A stretch of 64,000 bases of DNA from Eledone cirrhosa (Eukaryota): assembly GCA_964016885.1 (NCBI GenBank), contig OZ024744.1, forward strand, positions 10,850,001-10,914,000, written 5' to 3'. Below are positions 44,901 through 56,900 of this stretch, piece by piece. The notes below the pieces were generated by a model. It was not told the DNA's origin and made no database searches. It worked only from the letters and a program-made list of their open reading frames with translations. The position numbers were made by a program, and so were the translations under genes. Each line of letters begins with the position of its first letter. Positions within the stretch are counted from its first letter, which is position 1.

Positions 44901-47900
44901 ACTCCAATATGTTGTGCTGTGCTACTCCAATATATTGTGTTGTTGTACTCTAATGTGTTGTGTTGTTATACTCCAATATGTTGTGTTGATTTACTCCAAT
45001 ATGTTGTGTTGTTGTACTCCAATCTGTTGTGTTGTTATACTCCAATATGTTGTGTTGTTATACTCCAATATGTTGTGTTGTTTTACTCCAATATGTTGTG
45101 TTGTTGTACTCCAATATGTTGTGTTGTTGTACTCCAATATGTTGTGTTGTTGTAATCCAATATCTTGTGTTGTTATACTCCAATATGTTGTGTTGTTGTA
45201 CTCCAATATGTTGTGTTGTGATACTCCAATATGTTGTGCTGTTGTACTCCAATATGTTGTGTTGTTATACTCCAATATGTTGTGTTGTTTTACTCCAATA
45301 TGTTGTGTTGTTGTACTCTAATATATCATGTTGTCGTACTCCAATATGTCATGTTATACTCCAATATGTCGTTGTTATACTCCAATATGTCATGTTGTTG
45401 TACTCCAATATGTCGTATTGTTGTACTCCAATATGTTTTGATGTTGTACTCCAATATGTTGTGTTGTTGTACTCCAATATGTTGTGTAGTCGTACTCCAA
45501 TATGTTGTATTGTTATACTCCAAAATGTTGTGCTGTTGTACTCCAATATGTTCTGTTGTTGTACTCCAATATATTGTGTTGCTATACTCCAATATGTCGT
45601 GTTGTTGTACTCCAATATGTTGTGTTGTTGTACTCCAATATGTTGTGTTGTTGTACTCCAATATGTTGTGTTGTTATACTCCAATATGTTATGTTGTTGT
45701 ACTCCAATATGTCATGTTGTTGTACTCCAATATGTTTTGCTGTTGTACTCCAATATGCTGTGTTGTTGTACTCCAATATGTTTTGATGTTGTACTCCAAT
45801 ATGTTGTGTTGTTGTACTCCAATATGTTGTGTAGTCGTACTCCAATATGTTGTGTTGTTGTACTCCAATATGTTTTGATGTTGTACTCCAATATGTTGTG
45901 ATGTTGTACTCCAATATGATGTGCTGTTGTACTCCAATGCGTTGTGTTGTTGTACTCCAATATGCTGTGTTGTTATACTCCAATATGTTGTGTTGTTATA
46001 CTCCAATATGTTGTGTTGGTGTAATCCAATATCTTGTGTTATTTTACTCCAATATGTTGTGTTGTTGTACTCCAATATGTTGTGTTGTTGTACTCCAATA
46101 TGTTGTGTTGTTGTAATCCAATATCTTGTGTTGTTATACTCCAATATGTTGTGCTGTTGTACTCCAATATGTTGAGTTGTTATACTCCAATATGTAGTGT
46201 TGTTATACTCCAATATGTTGTGTTGTTGTACTCCAATCTGTTGCGTTATACTCCAATATGTTGTGTTGTTATACTCCAATATGTTGTGTTGTTATACTCC
46301 AATATGTTGTGTTGTTTTACTCCCATATGTTGTATTGTTGATCTCCAATATGTCATATTATACTCCAATAAGTTGTGTTCTTGTACTCCAATATGTTTTG
46401 TTGTTGTACTCCAATATGTTGCTTTGTTGTACTCCAATATATCATGTTGTCATACTCCAATATGTCATGTTATACTCCAATATGTTTTGATGCTGTACTC
46501 CAATATGTTGTGTTGTTGTACTACAATATGTTGTGTTGTTGTACTCCAATATGTTGTGTTGTTATACTCCAATATGTTGTGCTGTTGTACTCCAATATGT
46601 TGTGTTGTTATACTCCAATATGTAGTGTTGTTATACTCCAATATGTTGTGTTGTTGTACTCCAATCTGTTGTGTTGTTATACTCCAATATATTGTGTTGT
46701 TATACTCCAATATGTTGTGTTGTTGTACTCCAATATGTTGTATTGTTGTTCTCCAATATGTCATGTTATACTCCAATAAGTTGTGTTCTTGTACTCCAAT
46801 ATGTTGTGTTGTTTTACTCCAATATGTTGTGTTGTTGTACTCCAATATATCATGTTGTCGTACTCCAATATATCATGATGTTGTACTCCAATATGTCGTG
46901 TTCTTGTACTCCAATATGTCATGTTGTCGTACTGCAATATGTTGTGTTGTTGTACTCCAATATGTTGTGCTGTTGTACTCCAATATGTCGTGTTGTTTTA
47001 CTCCAATATGTTGTGTTGTTATACTCCAATATGTTGTGCTGTTGTACTCCAATATTTCGTGTTGTTATACTCCAATACGTCGTGTTGTACTCCAATATGT
47101 TGTGTTGTTATACTCCAATATGTTATGTTGTTGTACTCCAATATGTATTGTTGTTGTACTCCAATATGTTTTGATGTTGTACTCCAATATGTTGTGTTGT
47201 TGTACCCCAATATGTTTTGATGTTGTACTCCAATATGTTGTGTTGTTGTACTCCAATATGTTGTGTAGTCGTACTCCAATATGGTATGTTGTTGTACTCC
47301 AATATGCTGTGGTGTTATACTCCAATATGATGTGATGTTGTACTCCAATGCGTTGTGTTTTTGTACTCCAATTGATGTGTTATTGTACTCCAATATGTTG
47401 TGCTGTTGTACTCCAATATTTTTTTTGTTTTTTGTACTCCAATATGTTGTGTTGTTATACTCCAATATGTTGTGTTGTTATACTCCAATATGTTATGCTG
47501 TTGTACTCCAAATCTCGTGTTGTTATACTCCAATGTGTTGTGTTGTTATACTCCAATATGGTGTGTTGTTGTACTCCAATATATTGTATTGTTTTCTCCA
47601 ATATGTCATGTTATACTCCAATATGGTGTGTTCGTGTACTTCAATATGTTGTGTTATTGTACTCCAATATTTTGCGTTGTTGTACTCCAATATGTTGTGT
47701 TGTTATACTCCAATATGTCGTGTGGTTGTACTCCAATATGTCATGTTGTTGTACTCCAATATGTCTTGTTATAATCCAATATGTCGTGTTGTTGTACTCC
47801 AATATATCATGTAGTTGTACTCCAATATTTCGTGTTGTTGTACCCCAATATGTAGTGTTGTTTATACTCCAATATGTTTTGCTGTTGTACTCCAATATGT

Positions 47901-50900
47901 TGTGTTGCTGTACTCCTATATGCTGTGTTGTTATTCTTCAATATGTTGTGCGGTTGTACTCCAATGTGTTGTGTTGTTATACTCCAATATGTTGCGTTGA
48001 TTTACTCCAATATGTTGTGTTGTTGTACTCCAATCTGTTGTGTTGTTATACTCCAATGTGTTGTGTTGTTATACTCCAATATGTTGTGTTGTTGTAGTCC
48101 AATATGTTGTGTTGTTGTACTCCAATATGTTGTGTTGTCGTACTCCAATATGTGATGTTGTACTCCAATATGTCATGGTGTTGTAGTTCAATATGTCATG
48201 TTGTTGTACTCCAATATGTTGTCTTGCTGTACTCCAATCTGTTGTATTGTTGTACTCCAATATATTGTGTTGTTGTACTCCAATATATTGTGTTGTTGTA
48301 CTCCAATATGTTGTGTTGTTGTACTCCAATATGATGTGTTGTTGTACTCCAATATGTTGTGTTGTTGTACTCCAATATGTTGTGTTGTTGTACTCCAATA
48401 TCTTGTGTTGTTATACTCCAATATGTTGTGTTGTTATACTCCAATATGTTGTGTTGTTGTACTCCAATATGTTGTGCTGTTGTACTCCAATATGATGTGC
48501 TGTTGTACTCCAATACGTTGTGTTGTTGTACTCCAATGTGTTGTGTTGTTGTACTCCAATATGTTGTGCCGTTGTACTCCAATATTTTTTTGCTTTTTGT
48601 ACTCCAAAATGTTGTGTTGTTATACTCCAATATATTGTGTTGGTGTACTCCAATATGCTGTGCTGTTGTACTCCAAATCTCGTGTTGTTATACTCCAATG
48701 TGTTGTGTTGTTATACTCCAATATGGTGTGTTGTTGAACTCCAATATGTTGTATTGTTTTTCTCCAATATGTCACGTTATACTCCATTATGTTGTGTTCG
48801 TGTACTCCAATATGTTGTGTTATTGTACTCCAATATGTTGCGTTGTTGTACTCCAATATGTTGTGTTGTTATACTCCAATATGTTGTGTTGTTGTACTCC
48901 AATATGTCATGTTGTTGTACTCCAGTATGTCTTGTTATACTCCAATATGTCGTGTTGCTGTACTCCAATATGTCATGCTGTTGTACTCCAATATTTCGTG
49001 TCGTTGTACTCCAATATGTCGTGCTTTTGTGCTCCAATATGTTTTGCTGTTGTACTCCACTGTGTTGTGTTGTTGAACTCCAATATGTTGTGTTGTTGTT
49101 CTCCAATATTTTGTGATGTTGTACTCCAATGTGTTGTGTTGTTATACTCCAATATGTTGTGTTGTTGTACTCCAATATGTTGTCTTGTTGTACTCCAAAA
49201 GGCCATGTTATCGTACTCCAATATGTCGTGTGGCTATACTCCAATATATCATGTTGTTGTACTCCAATATGTCTTGTTATAGTCCAATATGTCGTGTTGT
49301 TGTACTCCAATATGTCATGTAGTTGTATTCCAATATTTCGTGTTGTTGTACCCCAATATGTCGTGTTGTTTATACTCCAATATGTTTTGCTGTTGTACTC
49401 CAATATGTTGTGTTGCTGTACTCCAATATGTTGTGTTGTTATTCTCCAATATGTTGTGCTGTTGTACTCCAATGTGTTATGTTGTTATACTCCAATATGT
49501 TGTGCTGTGCTACTCCAATATATTGTGTTGTTGTACTCTAATGTGTTGTGTTGTTATACTCCAATATGTTGTGTTGATTTACTCCAATATGTTGTGTTGT
49601 TGTACTCCAATCTGTTGTGTTGTTATACTCCAATATGTTGTGTTGTTATACTCCAATATGTTGTGTTGTTTTACTCCAATATGTTGTGTTGTTGTACTCC
49701 AATATGTTGTGTTGTTGTACTCCAATATGTTGTGTTGTTGTAATCCAATATCTTGTGTTGTTATACTCCAATATGTTGTGTTGTGATACTCCAATATGTT
49801 GTGCTGTTGTACTCCAATATGTTGTGTTGTTATACTCCAATATGTTGTGTTGTTTTACTCCAATATGTTGTGTTGTTGTACTCTAATATATCATGTTGTC
49901 GTACTCCAATATGTCATGTTATACTCCAATATGTCGTTGTTATACTCCAATATGTCATGTTGTTGTACTCCAATATGTCGTATTGTTGTACTCCAATATG
50001 TTTTGATGTTGTACTCCAATATGTTGTGTTGTTGTACTCCAATATGTTGTGTAGTCGTACTCCAATATGTTGTATTGTTATACTCCAAAATGTTGTGCTG
50101 TTGTACTCCAATATGTTCTGTTGTTGTACTCCAATATATTGTGTTGCTATACTCCAATATGTCGTGTTGTTGTACTCCAATATGTTGTGTTGTTGTACTC
50201 CAATATGTTGTGTTGTTGTACTCCAATATGTTGTGTTGTTATACTCCAATATGTTATGTTGTTGTACTCCAATATGTCATATTGTTGTACTCCAATATGT
50301 TTTGCTGTTGTACTCCAATATGCTGTGTTGTTGTACTCCAATATGTTTTGATGTTGTACTCCAATATGTTGTGTTGTTGTACTCCAATATGTTGTGTAGT
50401 CGTACTCCAATATGCTGTGTTGTTGTACTCCAATATGTTTTGATGTTGTACTCCAATATGTTGTGATGTTGTACTCCAATATGATGTGCTGTTGTACTCC
50501 AATGCGTTGTGTTGTTGTACTCCAATATGCTGTGTTGTTATACTCCAATATGTTGTGTTGTTATACTCCAATATGTTGTGTTGGTGTAATCCAATATCTT
50601 GTGTTATTTTACTCCAATATGTTGTGTTGTTGTACTCCAATATGTTGTGTTGTTGTACTCCAATATGTTGTGTTGTTGTAATCCAATATCTTGTGTTGTT
50701 ATACTCCAATATGTTGTGCTGTTGTACTCCAATATGTTGAGTTGTTATACTCCAATATGTAGTGTTGTTATACTCCAATATGTTGTGTTGTTGTACTCCA
50801 ATCTGTTGCGTTATACTCCAATATGTTGTGTTGTTATACTCCAATATGTTGTGTTGTTATACTCCAATATGTTGTGTTGTTTTACTCCCATATGTTGTAT

Positions 50901-53900
50901 TGTTGATCTCCAATATGTCATATTATACTCCAATAAGTTGTGTTCTTGTACTCCAATATGTTTTGTTGTTGTACTCCAATATGTTGCTTTGTTGTACTCC
51001 AATATATCATGTTGTCATACTCCAATATGTCATGTTATACTCCAATATGTTTTGATGCTGTACTCCAATATGTTGTGTTGTTGTACTACAATATGTTGTG
51101 TTGTTGTACTCCAATATGTTGTGTTGTTATACTCCAATATGTTGTGCTGTTGTACTCCAATATGTTGTGTTGTTATACTCCAATATGTAGTGTTGTTATA
51201 CTCCAATATGTTGTGTTGTTGTACTCCAATCTGTTGTGTTGTTATACTCCAATATATTGTGTTGTTATACTCCAATATGTTGTGTTGTTGTACTCCAATA
51301 TGTTGTATTGTTGTTCTCCAATATGTCATGTTATACTCCAATAAGTTGTGTTCTTGTACTCCAATATGTTGTGTTGTTTTACTCCAATATGTTGTGTTGT
51401 TGTACTCCAATATATCATGTTGTCGTACTCCAATATATCATGATGTTGTACTCCAATATGTCGTGTTCTTGTACTCCAATATGTCATGTTGTCGTACTGC
51501 AATATGTTGTGTTGTTGTACTCCAATATGTTGTGCTGTTGTACTCCAATATGTCGTGTTGTTTTACTCCAATATGTTGTGTTGTTATACTCCAATATGTT
51601 GTGCTGTTGTACTCCAATATTTCGTGTTGTTATACTCCAATACGTCGTGTTGTACTCCAATATGTTGTGTTGTTATACTCCAATATGTTATGTTGTTGTA
51701 CTCCAATATGTATTGTTGTTGTACTCCAATATGTTTTGATGTTGTACTCCAATATGTTGTGTTGTTGTACCCCAATATGTTTTGATGTTGTACTCCAATA
51801 TGTTGTGTTGTTGTACTCCAATATGTTGTGTAGTCGTACTCCAATATGGTATGTTGTTGTACTCCAATATGCTGTGGTGTTATACTCCAATATGATGTGA
51901 TGTTGTACTCCAATGCGTTGTGTTTTTGTACTCCAATTGATGTGTTATTGTACTCCAATATGTTGTGCTGTTGTACTCCAATATTTTTTTTGTTTTTTGT
52001 ACTCCAATATGTTGTGTTGTTATACTCCAATATGTTGTGTTGTTATACTCCAATATGTTATGCTGTTGTACTCCAAATCTCGTGTTGTTATACTCCAATG
52101 TGTTGTGTTGTTATACTCCAATATGGTGTGTTGTTGTACTCCAATATATTGTATTGTTTTCTCCAATATGTCATGTTATACTCCAATATGGTGTGTTCGT
52201 GTACTTCAATATGTTGTGTTATTGTACTCCAATATTTTGCGTTGTTGTACTCCAATATGTTGTGTTGTTATACTCCAATATGTCGTGTGGTTGTACTCCA
52301 ATATGTCATGTTGTTGTACTCCAATATGTCTTGTTATAATCCAATATGTCGTGTTGTTGTACTCCAATATATCATGTAGTTGTACTCCAATATTTCGTGT
52401 TGTTGTACCCCAATATGTAGTGTTGTTTATACTCCAATATGTTTTGCTGTTGTACTCCAATATGTTGTGTTGCTGTACTCCTATATGCTGTGTTGTTATT
52501 CTTCAATATGTTGTGCGGTTGTACTCCAATGTGTTGTGTTGTTATACTCCAATATGTTGCGTTGATTTACTCCAATATGTTGTGTTGTTGTACTCCAATC
52601 TGTTGTGTTGTTATACTCCAATGTGTTGTGTTGTTATACTCCAATATGTTGTGTTGTTGTAGTCCAATATGTTGTGTTGTTGTACTCCAATATGTTGTGT
52701 TGTCGTACTCCAATATGTGATGTTGTACTCCAATATGTCATGGTGTTGTAGTTCAATATGTCGTGTTGTTGTGCTCCAATATGTTGTCTTGCTGTACTCC
52801 AATCTGTTGTATTGTTGTACTCCAATATATTGTGTTGTTGTACTCCAATATATTGTGTTGTTGTACTCCAATATGTTGTGTTGTTGTACTCCAATATGAT
52901 GTGTTGTTGTACTCCAATATGTTGTGTTGTTGTACTCCAATATGTTGTGTTGTTGTACTCCAATATCTTGTGTTGTTATACTCCAATATGTTGTGTTGTT
53001 ATACTCCAATATGTTGTGTTGTTGTACTCCAATATGTTGTGCTGTTGTACTCCAATATGATGTGCTGTTGTACTCCAATACGTTGTGTTGTTGTACTCCA
53101 ATGTGTTGTGTTGTTGTACTCCAATATGTTGTGCCGTTGTACTCCAATATTTTTTTGCTTTTTGTACTCCAAAATGTTGTGTTGTTATACTCCAATATAT
53201 TGTGTTGGTGTACTCCAATATGCTGTGCTGTTGTACTCCAAATCTCGTGTTGTTATACTCCAATGTGTTGTGTTGTTATACTCCAATATGGTGTGTTGTT
53301 GAACTCCAATATGTTGTATTGTTTTTCTCCAATATGTCATGTTATACTCCATTATGTTGTGTTCGTGTACTCCAATATGTTGTGTTATTGTACTCCAATA
53401 TGTTGCGTTGTTGTACTCCAATATGTTGTGTTGTTATACTCCAATATGTTGTGTTGTTGTACTCCAATATGTCATGTTGTTGTACTCCAGTATGTCTTGT
53501 TATACTCCAATATGTCGTGTTGCTGTACTCCAATATGTCATGCTGTTGTACTCCAATATTTCGTGTCGTTGTACTCCAATATGTCGTGCTTTTGTGCTCC
53601 AATATGTTTTGCTGTTGTACTCCACTGTGTTGTGTTGTTGAACTCCAATATGTTGTGTTGTTGTTCTCCAATATTTTGTGATGTTGTACTCCAATGTGTT
53701 GTGTTGTTATACTCCAATATGTTGTGTTGTTGTACTCCAATATGTTGTCTTGTTGTACTCCAAAAGGCCATGTTATCGTACTCCAATATGTCGTGTGGCT
53801 ATACTCCAATATATCATGTTGTTGTACTCCAATATGTCTTGTTATAGTCCAATATGTCGTGTTGTTGTACTCCAATATGTCATGTAGTTGTATTCCAATA

Positions 53901-56900
53901 TTTCGTGTTGTTGTACCCCAATATGTCGTGTTGTTTATACTCCAATATGTTTTGCTGTTGTACTCCAATATGTTGTGTTGCTGTACTCCAATATGTTGTG
54001 TTGTTATTCTCCAATATGTTGTGCTGTTGTACTCCAATGTGTTATGTTGTTATACTCCAATATGTTGTGCTGTGCTACTCCAATATATTGTGTTGTTGTA
54101 CTCTAATGTGTTGTGTTGTTATACTCCAATATGTTGTGTTGATTTACTCCAATATGTTGTGTTGTTGTACTCCAATCTGTTGTGTTGTTATACTCCAATA
54201 TGTTGTGTTGTTATACTCCAATATGTTGTGTTGTTTTACTCCAATATGTTGTGTTGTTGTACTCCAATATGTTGTGTTGTTGTACTCCAATATGTTGTGT
54301 TGTTGTAATCCAATATCTTGTGTTGTTATACTCCAATATGTTGTGTTGTTGTACTCCAATATGTTGTGTTGTGATACTCCAATATGTTGTGCTGTTGTAC
54401 TCCAATATGTTGTGTTGTTATACTCCAATATGTTGTGTTGTTTTACTCCAATATGTTGTGTTGTTGTACTCTAATATATCATGTTGTCGTACTCCAATAT
54501 GTCATGTTATACTCCAATATGTCGTTGTTATACTCCAATATGTCATGTTGTTGTACTCCAATATGTCGTATTGTTGTACTCCAATATGTTTTGATGTTGT
54601 ACTCCAATATGTTGTGTTGTTGTACTCCAATATATTGTGTAGTCGTACTCCAATATGTTGTATTGTTATACTCCAAAATGTTGTGCTGTTGTACTCCAAT
54701 ATGTTCTGTTGTTGTACTCCAATATATTGTGTTGCTATACTCCAATATGTCGTGTTGTTGTACTCCAATATGTTGTGTTGTTGTACTCCAATATGTTGTG
54801 TTGTTGTACTCCAATATGTTGTGTTGTTATACTCCAATATGTTATGTTGTTGTACTCCAATATGTCATGTTGTTGTACTCCAATATGTTTTGCTGTTGTA
54901 CTCCAATGTGCTGTGTTGTTGTACTCCAATATGTTTTGATGTTGTACTCCAATATGTTATGTTGTTGTACTCCAATATGTTGTGTAGTCGTACTCCAATA
55001 TGTTGTGTTGTTGTACTCCAATATGTTTTGATGTTGTACTCCAATATGTTGTGATGTTGTACTCCAATATGATGTGCTGTTGTACTCCAATGCGTTGTGT
55101 TGTTGTACTCCAATATGCTGTGTTGTTATACTCCAATATGTTGTGTTGTTATACTCCAATATGTTGTGTTGGTGTAATCCAATATCTTGTGTTATTTTAC
55201 TCCAATATGTTGTGTTGTTGTACTCCAATATGTTGTGTTGTTGTACTCCAATATGTTGTGTTGTTGTAATCCAATATCTTGTGTTGTTATACTCCAATAT
55301 GTTGTGCTGTTGTACTCCAATATGTTGAGTTGTTATACTCCAATATGTAGTGTTGTTATACTCCAATATGTTGTGTTGTTGTACTCCAATCTGTTGCGTT
55401 ATACTCCAATATGTTGTGTTGTTACACTCCAATATGTTGTGTTGTTATACTCCAATATGTTGTGTTGTTTTACTCCCATATGTTGTATTGTTGATCTCCA
55501 ATATGTCATATTATACTCCAATAAGTTGTGTTCTTGTACTCCAATATGTTTTGTTGTTGTACTCCAATATGTTGCTTTGTTGTACTCCAATATATCATGT
55601 TGTCGTACTCCAATATGTCATGTTATACTCCAATATGTTTTGATGCTGTACTCCAATATGTTGTGTTGTTGTACTACAATATGTTGTGTTGTTGTACTCC
55701 AATATGTTGTGTTGTTATACTCCAATATGTTGTGCTGTTGTACTCCAATATGTTGTGTTGTTATACTCCAATATGTAGTGTTGTTATACTCCAATATGTT
55801 GTGTTGTTGTACTCCAATCTGTTGTGTTGTTATACTCCAATATATTGTGTTGTTATACTCCAATATGTTGTGTTGTTTTACTCCAATATGTTGTGTTGTT
55901 GTACTCCAATATGTTGTATTGTTGTTCTCCAATATGTCATGTTATACTCCAATAAGTTGTGTTCTTGTACTCCAATATGTTGTGTTGTTTTACTCCAATA
56001 TGTTGTGTTGTTGTACTCCAATATATCATGTTGTCGTACTCCAATATATCATGATGTTGTACTCCAATATGTCGTGTTCTTGTACTCCAATATGTCATGT
56101 TGTCGTACTGCAATATGTTGTGTTGTTGTACTCCAATATGTTGTGCTGTTGTACTCCAATATGTCGTGTTGTTTTACTCCAATATGTTGTGTTGTTATAC
56201 TCCAATATGTTGTGCTGTTGTACTCCAATATTTCGTGTTGTTATACTCCAATACGTCGTGTTGTACTCCAATATGTTGTGTTGTTATACTCCAATATGTT
56301 ATGTTGTTGTACTCCAATATGCCTTGTTGTTGTACTCCAATATGTTTTGATGTTGTACTCCAATATGTTGTGTTGTTGTACCCCAATATGTTTTGATGTT
56401 GTACTCCAATATGTTGTGTTGTTGTACTCCAATATGTTGTGTAGTCGTACTCCAATATGGTATGTTGTTGTACTCCAATATGCTGTGGTGTTATACTCCA
56501 ATATGATGTGATGTTGTACTCCAATGCGTTGTGTTTTTGTACTCCAATTGATGTGTTATTGTACTCCAATATGTTGTGCTGTTGTACTCCAATATTTTTT
56601 TGTTTTTTGTACTCCAATATGTTGTGTTGTTATACTCCAATATGTTGTGTTGTTATACTCCAATATGTTGTGCTGTTGTACTCCAAATCTCGTGTTGTTA
56701 TACTCCAATGTGTTGTGTTGTTATACTCCAATATGGTGTGTTGTTGTACTCCAATATATTGTATTGTTTTCTCCAATATGTCATGTTATACTCCAATATG
56801 GTGTGTTCGTGTACTTCAATATGTTGTGTTATTGTACTCCAATATTTTGCGTTGTTGTACTCCAATATGTTGTGTTGTTATACTCCAATATGTCGTGTGG